Shown here: positions 10,600 to 20,000 of the stretch, piece after piece
Layout: every line of letters starts with the position of its first letter
Position numbering within the stretch: the stretch's first letter is position 1
DNA from: Vicugna vicugna
Lineage: Eukaryota
Reading direction: 5' to 3'
Assembly (NCBI GenBank): GCA_013265495.1
Contig: MU061547.1
Span: 183,081-203,080, forward strand
DNA length: 20,000 bases
Notes under the pieces: model-generated
Database searches by the model: none
Seen by the model: only the letters and a program-made list of their open reading frames with translations
Told to the model about the DNA's origin: nothing
Translations under genes and position numbers: made by a program

Positions 10600-11100
10600 C
10601 CCACCCCGGAGGCAGGCCCGGGGCGGGACCCTGCGACCCTCTGTGTGTGTGTATCATTGACCCCCCTTCTGAGTGTCCGCAGGGGGCTCCCAGGAACGAA
10701 CAGCAGCGTTTGTCCTTGGGCTACAGAGCACCAGCCTCCCGGTGCCGGGGAAGCCCTCATGCAGCCTCGTTTGCTCCAAATCCCAGCTGCCTCCGGGCCC
10801 AGGCAGGCCGGGGCATCAGCAATGCGCGGGAGCTGGAATCTGACCCCTGGCGTCGCGCCTGGTCTCCATGGCAGCGGCGGATTTATTACCCGGGCCTCCG
10901 CCCAGCTTGGCGGACTGTCGACTTGAAGCCGGGAGGAAAGGGAACGAGAGGGCAGTTCTGGGAGCGGTGAGCCCGCGCGCGGGTGGCAGCCGGAGGCCCC
11001 GAGATGGTGCGTGAGGGTCCGTGTGCCCTGGCCGGGCTGCCCGGGGCTTAGGAGGTGGAGGGGAAGCGGGGGGGTGGGGGGGCTTTCGTGGGGTCCCTCC
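10600..11100 (+). promoter_or_regulatory. CALML4: CALML4 promoter / exon 1 region (GC- and CpG-rich)
   Basis: Visible CpG enrichment (e.g. gcccgcgcgcgggt) and a GC box GGGGCGGG near 10620, immediately upstream of the start ATG. The TSS cannot be determined from sequence. Confidence 0.65.
11004..11006 (+). CDS. CALML4: CALML4 exon 1 coding part (ATG only)
   Basis: gagATG|GTgcgt donor at 11007. Splicing to 11128 gives MAKFFSQDQINE. An in-frame TGA lies upstream at 10968-10970. Confidence 0.85.
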
Positions 11101-11127
11101 CTAACTGCCTTCTTCTCTCTGCTGCAG

Positions 11128-11158
11128 GCCAAGTTTTTCTCCCAGGACCAAATTAATG
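11128..11158 (+). CDS. CALML4: CALML4 exon 2 (31 nt)
   Basis: Branch point CTAAC at 11101, a pyrimidine tract, ctgcAG acceptor and GTaggt donor. Encodes AKFFSQDQIN(E). Confidence 0.92.
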
Positions 11159-12164
11159 GTAGGTTGGGTTTCCACTTTCATTAGCAACTCACAGCAAAAT
11201 GTGAGTCTCATTAGAAAATTTGCTCTGATCACTTTTTGTTACCGGGAAAGGAGGAGGCTGGTGGGGAAGCTGGGCCCACCCACGGGCAAGGGTTCGGGGC
11301 CGCAGGGGAGGCGGCTGCCTGGGGGAGGTGGCGGCAGGACTTAGAGGTAAGACGGGTCACTATGACACTTCTCAGTGTGACTTACAAAAAGGGAGTGTTA
11401 GGAGCGAGCCTCATAGGTTCTCCTCCAGAACCTGTTAGTTGGACGGGGAGACGGAATGGACAGAGACGCTGCCAGCTGCCAGTGAGGGGCCCAGCCAGAG
11501 AAGGGGGCTTTGTAGCCCGCTGAGGAAGAGCAAAGAGTCCATATCTTCACTCGTGGGCAGGAGGCTTTTACTCTCTGGGCCTCAGGCCCCCCACCTGTCA
11601 AGCGGAGGGGTCAGCTCCAGTGGTCTCTGAGCCCCCCTCTGCCCTGACACCAAGCCTAGTTGTTTGGAGTACTTTCTTCCCTGAGTGCCCTGACCTGCCG
11701 GCCCCCAGCAGGCTTCAGTTTCCCACGGAGCATGGCTGTTTCCACAAGGCCAAGCAGAAAGAATTGGGTTACACAGAACTCATGGCCCAGGCCTGGCCGG
11801 GGAGGCCCGGCCAAGTTCAGGTAGGGTCCTGCAGGCCCTGGAGGTGAACGGAGGGTTACCTGGGCAGGGATTCCAGAGTTCTGGGTACCAGAAGCTTGGT
11901 CCAGAAAGGAGAGTAGGTGGGTGGGTAAGTTGTAGGCTCCTTGATACCGTCATTCCCAAAAGGGGTTCCAGAAGGCTCACTGACCCTCCCTCTGGGGCCT
12001 TGGAATCTTCTAGAAGGGAAGAAGGTAAGCTTCCTCTTGTATCCCAGTGTCTGACACAAAGTGGCCACAAATGTTGAATGAATGAGTGGAAAGACTGGAC
12101 AGGGTGGCCTGATGGAATGGGAAGACCAGGGACCACCTTGGAGGCAGTGGACCTTGGGTCCAGT

Positions 12165-12275
12165 CACTTCTAAGCCTCAGTTTTCTCATCTGTGAAGTGG
12201 GATAATGACACTACCTCACCAGGCTGCTGTGAGGGAGAGACAGAGGGTAATGCCAGTCATGCACCTGACACTAGG
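12165..12275 (+). repeat. MIR SINE
   Basis: ctaagcctcagttttctcatctgtgaagtgggataatgacactacctcaccaggctgctgtgagg is the MIR core. Confidence 0.8.
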
Positions 12276-12297
12276 CCTGATGCAGCCCGGGAGGCAC

Positions 12298-13028
12298 CCA
12301 GATGTTTTCTGGGGCCAGCTAGCTCCAGCCAGGTTGTGCAGTTTAAGAAACTTTCTGACCTGGTTGTTAAAATCAGCCATTATTAAATAACGGAAGATCA
12401 CAGAATGCTCTGATCCCTCCATCTCTACCAAAAAAAAAAAAAAAATTAAGATAGCTGTACTGCAATCAATAGTGCTGAAGATGTGAGAGAGATTTCAGTT
12501 TAATGAATGTAATTTGCACAAGGGTGAGCGATAGTTTAATAGAAGATCACTTATCAGACTTAATGACAATACAGTCATTGGGAAAAGTTGCATTCACTGG
12601 CATGCAACCTCGCTTGTCGTGGGTTAATCGAAACTAGGTTGGCAGTGGCTGTAAGAGCTGGCAAAACTCACTTGTTTTTTAGTTTTTTATTGAGTTATAG
12701 TCAGTTTACAATGTATCAATTTCTGGTGTACAGCACAATTTTTCAGTCGTACATGAATATATTCATTTTCATATTTTTCACCATGAGCTACTGCAAGATC
12801 TTGAATATATTTCCCTGGGCAATACAGTATAAACTTGTTTATCTATTCTATATATACCTGCAAAACTCACTTGTGATAATCAGTTGGCTAGATGGAATTT
12901 CCAATCAAGAGTATTGCATATTTTATTTGTAAATTGTGTGCTACACATCCTTAAGGTTATAAAGTTTATAGCAAACTGTATACGTACGTCATCAGAACCA
13001 GTTGTTACCTTCGCCAACACGCAACTGG
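12298..13028 (+). mobile_element. MER63-like hAT DNA transposon, interrupted by L1
   Basis: Termini ccag...ctgg. Internal ggttgttaaaatcagccattattaaa and gagtattgcatattttatttgtaaattgtgtgctacacatcc match the recalled MER63. Confidence 0.7.
12676..12859 (-). mobile_element. 5'-truncated L1 3' UTR fragment with perfect 15-bp TSD
   Basis: Reverse complement of ~8280-8470 in this window. TSD gcaaaactcacttgt at 12661-12675 and 12860-12874. Confidence 0.93.
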
Positions 13029-13211
13029 TGTGTTATCCTAGGCCCTGGGGAAATTCTTTCTGGCCTCAGGCCATTTGTATTTTCAAAGGGAAAAAACCTG
13101 AAGGAGATTTTTTAATCCAATTTCTTTAACCCGATTCATTCTTTCATTCAGCATTTGTGAGCCTTTTCTTGGTGGCAGCCTAGTTCCAGGCATTCAAAAT
13201 ACAGCAATCGA

Positions 13212-13292
13212 GGGGGAAGGGTATAGCTCAAGTGGTAGAGTGCACGCTTAGCACCCAGGAGGTCCCGGGTTCAATCCCTGGTACCACCTCCA
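13212..13292 (+). mobile_element. tRNA-Ala-derived SINE (camelid Vic-1-like), copy 1
   Basis: A box TAGCTCAAGTGG 13224-13235, B box GGTTCAATCCC 13268-13278 and a TTAGCA anticodon-loop remnant. The anticodon stem does not pair. Confidence 0.8.
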
Positions 13293-13317
13293 AGCGGAAA
13301 TCAGTGAAGAATCGAGG

Positions 13318-13418
13318 TGCAGGGGTATGTCTCAGTCATACAGTTCATGCTTGGCATACAGGAAGTCCGGGGTTCAATCCCCAGTGCCTCTATTAAGGGG
13401 AAGAAGTGGGAAAAAAAA
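13318..13418 (+). mobile_element. tRNA-derived SINE (Vic-1-like), copy 2, more diverged
   Basis: ggggtatgtctcagtcatacagttcatgcttggcatacaggaagtccggggttcaatccccagtgcctc followed by an A-rich tail. It aligns to copy 1. Confidence 0.75.
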
Positions 13419-15185
13419 TACACAGCAGTGACCACAGCAGCCCAATATAAGGCAGGCGGTGGTCATCGGGGAACTGGGGAGGGGGCAGAAGAGCCCCGTT
13501 GTTTCCAGCACGGGACTCCCAGTTCAGATCTGGCCTCCCAGGTCATTAAAGGCAGGAAGACAGAAGACACTTTATGTACATTTCATATAACTGTTAGGAG
13601 ATGGGCCCCTGTCTGACTCTGGCCCTGCTGATACCAGGGGCCGCGGGTCTCCATGGTGCAGGGCAGGTGGCGGGGGCAGTTTGCCCATCTGTAGAGCCTG
13701 GCCCATTCCAGGCCCCAAGAATGTGACAACCGCCTTCAGGCCCCGGCCAGATGGGGACAACTCTGATAGCAGGACGTCTCAGGAAGGCAGCGAGCCTTCT
13801 ATCTGCAGCCCCTTGTGCAGAGGCAAACCCAGACAGAAGACAAGGCGGGGTGGCCAAGAGAGGGCCCTAGGAGGGGCACGGTGGTGGGGGAGACCTGCGT
13901 TGGAGCCCTGCCTACAGGGCTGTCCCCTCTGTCCCATCCCAAACCCCACTGTCACTGGGCCCTCTGGGAGGGAGTTAAGGCTTTGCGGGAACCAGAGGTG
14001 GGGTTAGGTCAGGCTCTGGCCCTGCGTGGCCTGGGCCACTCCAGCCCCTGCCCCCGCGTCCTGCTGGTGGTCTGCCCCTCCAGCAGCCCAGGCTCTGTAA
14101 AGTTCTGAAAGGGTGGGAAGTTCCCTTTCAACCTCTCCACAGGAACAAAAGCAGCTAATTGTCCCTAAACCCCACTGGCTGGCCTGTCTTTTATTAGCAA
14201 CCTCCCTGAAATCCTGGGTTACCAGAAGAGGCCTTAATTGGGGAACGTGAAAGGGCCCCAGGCCTGGGGTGGGGGCGGGGGCGGCTCTCCCGCTCTGCTG
14301 CCCCCTGGTGGCTGCTGCCTGGCAGTGGGGCTCCCAGGGGGCCTGGTGGGAGGCCTGCTGCTGCTCTGAGCATCCTGGCCCCACCTGCAGGATGGGAACC
14401 ACCAAGGTCCCAGATCACAGGGTCGTGGTGACGGCCTGGGGGTAAAGTGCTCCTCTGCATGAGCTGCTGCTGCTGCTTTTGTCATTATCAGCTAAGGAGC
14501 CACTTAAGGTCCAGGCTTCTAAGGAACTAGCTGGGTGGCCTGAGACACGGGAAGGAGCAGGGTGCTGAGAAGGCCAGCCCAGGGTTCCCAGGTGGCGCCA
14601 CCCCATGGGACCCTGGGATTGGAGCTTTTGACCAGTTCTGGTGAGAACCCCACTCTCCCCCTCTAGTCAGAACCTCTGTGAGGGGCTGGCCTCACTGAGC
14701 CTCCAGGGCTGGGGGCTGTGGATGTGGAGGTCTTCACTGGGGCAGCCGCCTCACGTCCTGCAGGGGAGGGCAGCAAGCAGGATCTCGCCACAGCCCGGGG
14801 GGCTTCCCGGCAGTGAGTGCCTCTTGAGGAACAGAACCAGGATCTGTGTCAGAGGGCGGCTGGAGAGCGCAGCCTGGAGGCCAGAGGCTGGAGCAGGGGA
14901 CTCAGAAGCGCCCACCATTGTGATAAATGTCACCACGTGGGAGAGCCTGCCTCTGCCAGGCCTTCCCAGAGGGGATTGCTGGCCCTCCCAGTAACCCAGA
15001 GGCATTATTGTCCCTGGTTCCCCATGTCAGGTGTCTTGGCCAAGGTCCCCTGGGAGTCTGGGTGGCCCTGCTGTGGGCCCCTGGTCTCCCTGTGCTGGCC
15101 CTGGAGAGTGAGAGAGCTTGTCTATGGTTTTAGGCAGCTGTGAGAGGGGAGGAGGCAGAACGGAAGTCAGGAGAGGGAGGAGTTA

Positions 15186-15371
15186 CGGTTTGACAGATAA
15201 AATACAGGACTCGGCTCAGTGTGAATTTCAGATAGACGACCAATACCTTTATACTTACATCCCCTGCAAAATTTGGGATCTACTTAGACTAAGCATGTTT
15301 TCATTTGTTTACTTGAAATTCAGTTTACCTTGGCAGCCCCTGTATTTTCCCTGGCTGTATCTGGCCACTCT
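15186..15371. mobile_element. MER53-like palindromic DNA transposon (MITE)
   Basis: Inverted arms cagataaaatacagg...tgaatttcagata and ...tgaaattcag...cctgtatttt...atctgg match the recalled MER53 layout. Confidence 0.75.
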
Positions 15372-15475
15372 GGGAAGCCGGGGGTGGTGTGGGGGGAGTG
15401 GAGGGAGAGAGGAGAGAGGACGTGGGGGTGGACGGTGGAGGAGAGCTCCTGACCCTCCCTGCTGGGCTCCGGCAG

Positions 15476-15616
15476 AGTACAAGGAATGCTTCTCCCTGTA
15501 CGACAAGCAGCAGCGGGGGAAGATAAAAGCCACTGACCTCCTGATGGTGATGAGGTGCCTGGGGGCCAGCCCGACGCCCGGGGAGGTGCAGAGGCACCTG
15601 CAGACGCACGGGATAG
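15476..15616 (+). CDS. CALML4: CALML4 exon 3 (141 nt)
   Basis: ggcAG acceptor and GTgagt donor. Encodes (E)YKECFSLYDKQQRGKIKATDLLMVMRCLGASPTPGEVQRHLQTHGI(D), a calmodulin-like EF-hand region. Phases are consistent. Confidence 0.96.
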
Positions 15617-15924
15617 GTGAGTGAGCCGGGAGGGAGGAGTCTGGGCTGGGGGGTGGGCCCTGAGTCCTGCGGCTGTGGTCCTGGGAGGGGCCCAGCAGGT
15701 GGGGGTGTGAACAGCTCAGAAGTTTGAGGGGCAGGTGGTGGCTGTGGACCACGTGGGCTTCCTTGAATCCTCACAGCAACTGGTGACACCCCATCTCACT
15801 AAGGATGGATGGCTCTAAGCATTCCAACCAGGTGATCACAAACCTGTGGTCCAGACAGTGCTGACAGTGACCACAGTGTCGTTCTGATAGAACAGTGTCT
15901 CGTTGCTGAGTATCTGTCGTGTGC

Positions 15925-16060
15925 TTAGCTCAACAACCCGATGAAGGAGGCTGTATCCTAGCCCGTCTCACAGATAAAGATCAAAGTCCAGGGCCCAGGA
16001 GGCAACCTGGCTGAGTGTTGAAGCCAGTGGTGGAATCAGGCTTGGAACCCAATTCTTCCC
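15925..16060 (-). repeat. MIR SINE fragment
   Basis: ctcaacaacccgatgaaggaggctgtatcctagcccgtctcacagataaaga...agtggtggaatcaggcttggaacccaatt resembles reverse MIR. Confidence 0.55.
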
Positions 16061-16899
16061 ATTTCCAAGACCAACCTCCTAAAAACTGGGCAAAACTAGG
16101 AGGAAAAAAATGGACGAAGACCCACCCAAGACGTTAGTTAGCAAGTGGCTCTGGTGATGGGGTTATGGGTGATTTTCATTCCCTTTATTTATTGTTTCCT
16201 GTATTTTTGACAGTGGGAACATACAGGACTTCTACAACCAGAAACAAGTTTTATTTTGTATAAAGAAAAAGAGGGAGGGGTGGCAGAGGCCGGGATGGCT
16301 CTTGGCATCGGTAGCTGGACACTCAGGGAGGAAAGAGGAAGGGGTGGCTTGGAAAGAACACTTGCTCAGGAGCCCGCCTGGGCCTCGGTTTCCTCATCTC
16401 TCAGATGGGGAACCACCCCCTGCTGGGGTCGTCCTGAGGTCGCACTGAGGGCTCCTGCCGCAGTGCCCGGAGCCCGTCCTGGGGCAGGCCAGGCTGCGCC
16501 ACCTCGAGCCTGGTGCTAAGGGTCCCTGTTTCCATTTCCGGAGGGGTGGTAGTTGCCTTTGGTTTTTGTCTCCTTCAAACAGGAAGTGGTGGTCGGGGCA
16601 GTGCTGGTTTCCTGCCATTGTAGCCCAGCTGGGGCCAGGGCTGGGGTTCCCAGGCCCGTTTGGAAGAGGGGCGTGGGCAGGGGAGACCGGGTTGCAGGCT
16701 GCAGTGAGGGGAAAGGCAGGTGTGCAGCCCAGGTGGGACAGAGGCTTGGGGCCACAGCTGCGGGTCACCTGTCCATCTTTGTGGATGTGCCGCGGTGGCT
16801 GTCGAGAAGGGGTGGACACGATGGTGCACTTCCTTCCAGTGCAGGCAGGAGAGGAGCATCCAGAAGGGAGCAGAGGAGGTGGTGCTTCATCCTGGTCCT

Positions 16900-17010
16900 G
16901 CCACTGCTCTGAGGTGACTCCATGCTTTAAGCTTCTGTCTCCTTAGTGGGCAAAATGAGAACTGAAGTCACTAAGCGTTGTTGGGAGGGTTCAGTGAGGC
17001 ACATCCATAG
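16900..17010 (+). repeat. MIR SINE fragment
   Basis: aagcttctgtctccttagtgggcaaaatgaga...cgttgttgggagggttcagtgagg resembles the MIR core. Confidence 0.5.
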
Positions 17011-17187
17011 TGGGAGCTCGGCAGGAACAGACTGCATCCACTTCCCCATGACCACTGCCACCATCACGGCTCTTTCTGAGTTAGGTCGCCCCCGAGCTGG
17101 CCATGCAGGCTGGGGCCGGAGACCAGCTGGCTTCCCCACGAGGACTCTTTCCTCCCTGCTTACTCTGCTACTTTGGGGATTTCTCAG

Positions 17188-17376
17188 ACAGAAATGGAGA
17201 GCTGGATTTCTCTACTTTCCTGACCATGATGCACGCGCAGATAAAACAAGAGGATCCAAAGAAGGAGATTCTTTTGGCCATGTTGATGGTGGACAAGGAG
17301 AAGAAAGGCTACATCATGGCATCTGAGCTGCGGTCAAAACTCACGAAACTAGGAGAGAAGCTGACCCACAAGGAAG
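17188..17376 (+). CDS. CALML4: CALML4 exon 4 (189 nt); final exon lies downstream of the window
   Basis: ttctcAG acceptor and GTaatg donor. Encodes (D)RNGELDFSTFLTMMHAQIKQEDPKKEILLAMLMVDKEKKGYIMASELRSKLTKLGEKLTHKE. Confidence 0.96.
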
Positions 17377-18264
17377 GTAATGGCCTCATTCATTCCCTCT
17401 CTCCCAGCAGTGGGAAAGGATTAGGGAGTTAGGGGAAGGGCACCAAAACCCAATCCATACGCACCTGTGGTGCGTAGGCACTGCATTTGATGGATGCCCA
17501 GAAGGTGTTGAGTTTGAACTCTGGAGTAGAGCCTGGGGCAGAACTCGGGGGCCTGGGGGGTGACAGGGGAGAGGTTGGCCCAGGGTGTAGGGAAGGCCCC
17601 GGGGAACTGGCTAGGATTAACTTGGGCATCACCCCGTGTTTGAGCTTTCACTGTGGCCCTTCATTTTGTGCCCCCCGCCTTCTGATGAAAGAAACAGGTG
17701 CCGTGAGTGGCTGGTGAGTAACAGGGCTGGGAGCCAAATGCAGGTCTGTGACATTTGTACCCCTGCCCCCCTCAGGCTCTCTCAACACAGCTGTTGCCTG
17801 AAGCTGCTACTGTTGCCAAGAATTTCTAAATTGAGATGCTACTGTTCCCTTGTCACGATTCAGCCAGCACTGAGAAGGGGTGTGTGCGCGGTGGCCTTTG
17901 CCCCACGCCGTCCATACTTTCCTGCCCCAGAGCAGGACCAGGGGCCTGGGGCTTCTGGGAAAGCCCGATGTACGTGATAAGGGTGACCTTGCTGCTGGGG
18001 CCTTTGCCGGCGTCCCCCAGCCTGCCTGCCTGGCGGGGCCCGGGGCCTGGCCACAGCAGCCATCCTGGGTTGCTGCCAGCGTCCACAGCCACCAACCCCA
18101 GAAGCTGAGGTTCTAGTTAGGCCACTGGCTTCGCCTGTGATTGGGGCAGGAGGAGCTGGGCTCGGACACACTGGATGGAGGAAAAAGGCTTCAATAATGC
18201 TGGGCCTTTATTTAGCTTTTGGTTAAATCACAACAAACCAATGGAGGATTTGTAAGGGTGCAGT

Positions 18265-18385
18265 TTGAATGAGACTTGAATCCTGACTCCCCTTCCTTCT
18301 GGGGAGCCTCAGATGAGTTTCTTAACCTCTCTCACCCTCCTCAGTTTCCTTGTTGGGAAACAAGGTTACAATAGACAATCCCTCA
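18265..18385 (+). repeat. MIR SINE fragment
   Basis: ttgaatcctgactccccttcctt...tttcttaacctctct...cctcagtttcctt is MIR-like. Confidence 0.6.
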
Positions 18386-20000
18386 GGTCCTGTCTTCCAA
18401 GAACTAACATTCTATAAAGCAGTCTGCTGAGATTTTATCTGCAGTCACAAAGGCACAGCGCGCAAAGCATGTAAAAATAGTGCTACCGAAGGCAGATGGC
18501 GTGTCCCTCGCTTTTTCAGGCTGGCAGCTCTCATGATCTTGCCTTTCATTGCGGCTGCTTTACTGTGCACAGGGAACCACGGCTCTCCTTCCCTCCCAGG
18601 CTCTGAGGACACTGCTTGGCCTTTTAGGTACCGGGTCGGGTGTTAGCAGAGAGGGCCAGCAGGGGCCTTAATTCTTACGGCTTAATGATCTGTCTGCAGC
18701 GCTACTGCAGCCCCCAAATTAGAACACGCCTCTCATTTGTTGATGGAGTAGGAGAGACATTTCAGGGAAACTGGCGACGTGTTCCAGACAAGCAGGGCGA
18801 CCGATGTCCCTCCCTCTTGCTGTGGAAGACAGGAAAGGTGATACTAGAAGAAAAACTCCCTTACCCTGGGTGGCCGAAGGAAAAGCTTGTTTTATTACGG
18901 AAGCATCCTGGGAGCAGCTGGAGACGGCTGCAGGGGGGCCTCCCGCCCGAGGCCTGGGCCAGGCCGACGCGGGGACCCCAGTTCCTCACGGGCTTGCAGG
19001 GAGCCGCCGAGTTCCCCAGGAAGCAGCGTCAGGCTGTAGCTGCCCCTCTTCTGGGCAGCTGGGGGCCGCGTGGCTGGCACCGGAGCTGGTGTTGGGCCCT
19101 GTCCCCTGGGACAGGTTTAGCCAAGTGGCTGACAGGTAGAAGCTTCTCCGTGAAACAAGATAAATTACAGTCTTAACGTTCTAAAAATACTATCTAAAAA
19201 ATACAGTACTATCAGCTTAGGCACAGAGCACAGTAACTACATTTTGGAGGAGGACGGCGAGGCAGGAAGTCACAGGACCCCTCCTGACGGCGCAGCGTTG
19301 GGTCGGGGCCGTCGGGGGCTGGGGAAGTTGACGTGGGGCAGGGAGACAGTTTTGTAAGAGGGTGAGGATGGTTCTGAGAGGCCACCGCAGAGAAGTGTAA
19401 GCTGAAATGGCTCTTGTCAAAGCCTGGGACAAGCTAGTATTTTATCCTAGGAATCCAGAACCAGAAGAAACAAGTAAGTGTGGTTTTTTTTTTTTTTTTG
19501 AGCAATGTCAAAGAACAATGGCAGTTTTGTAGGCTTTGAGCTTCAGGCACAGTTCAATTTATCTTCTTATCCTATCCTCACCCTCCAAACACACTTTAAA
19601 AAAAAAGATGATGGTGGCAGGTACCGCTTGTCACCAGGTCCCCTCTTGGGGTGGGGGATGTCGATTTGGAAGGACAGGCAGGCCAAAGTCTGGGCTCAGG
19701 GGGCCCAGGATGGAGCTGCAGTGGGCATCTGGTCTGCAGGGGCTGAAGGAAGGTAAAATTCATGCCAAAGTTTTCTGGAAATATTGGCACGGGGGTCAAG
19801 TATTTTCTGAAGAAGGGGAAAATAAAAGAGAAAAAAAAAAAAAAAAAAAGGCAAAAAGTGGCCTCAGGGTCTGACTCCTTACCAGTACGCCTCCCTACCC
19901 TGGCCCCTGCCAAAAACAAGAAACAAAAAAACTTGATTAAGTCAAAATTGAATCTGTGGTCTCCAAGAGGCAGGGGGTGGATTGTCCTGTTCTGTTCACT

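Larger units (their letters stand above)
13134..13440 (-). repeat. L2 3'-end fragment split by SINE insertions
   Basis: attcattctttcattcagcatttgtgagcc...ccaggcattcaaaatacagca | gtgaccacagcag resembles the L2 tail in reverse orientation. Confidence 0.55.

Noticed and set aside
13212..13292. Possible functional tRNA-Ala(AGC) gene
   Set aside because: The anticodon stem (cacgc/ccagg) does not pair, there is no oligo-T terminator, it is flanked by direct repeats, and a diverged twin follows it. This indicates a SINE.
19480..19860. Poly-T (~19483-19499) and poly-A (~19831-19849) tracts as an element or inverted repeat
   Set aside because: No recognisable retroelement body or TSD. They are treated as simple homopolymers.

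Overview
Mammalian genomic DNA, most likely camelid (Vic-1-like tRNA-Ala SINEs). It holds two tandem + strand genes: the last two coding exons and 3' UTR of CLN6 (985-1107, 2624-2894, probable poly(A) signal 3878), and the promoter plus coding exons 1-4 of CALML4 (ATG 11004; the last exon lies beyond the window). Between them is an old, heavily deleted two-LTR class III (HERV-S/ERV-L-related) provirus (~5541-9486). It has a tRNA-Arg(ACG)-like PBS, gag/RT/RNase H/integrase remnants and a gamma-type env remnant (CWVC motif), and is interrupted by a younger TSD-flanked L1 fragment. Its 3' LTR keeps CCAAT, a perfect CRE and AATAAA about 1.5 kb upstream of CALML4. The upstream ATG matching the human long CALML4 isoform is out of frame here and would form an overlapping uORF. 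The rest is ordinary interspersed repeats (L1, L2, MIR, MER102, MER63, MER53, MER5, SINEs). Family names come from recalled sequence similarity, not database searches.
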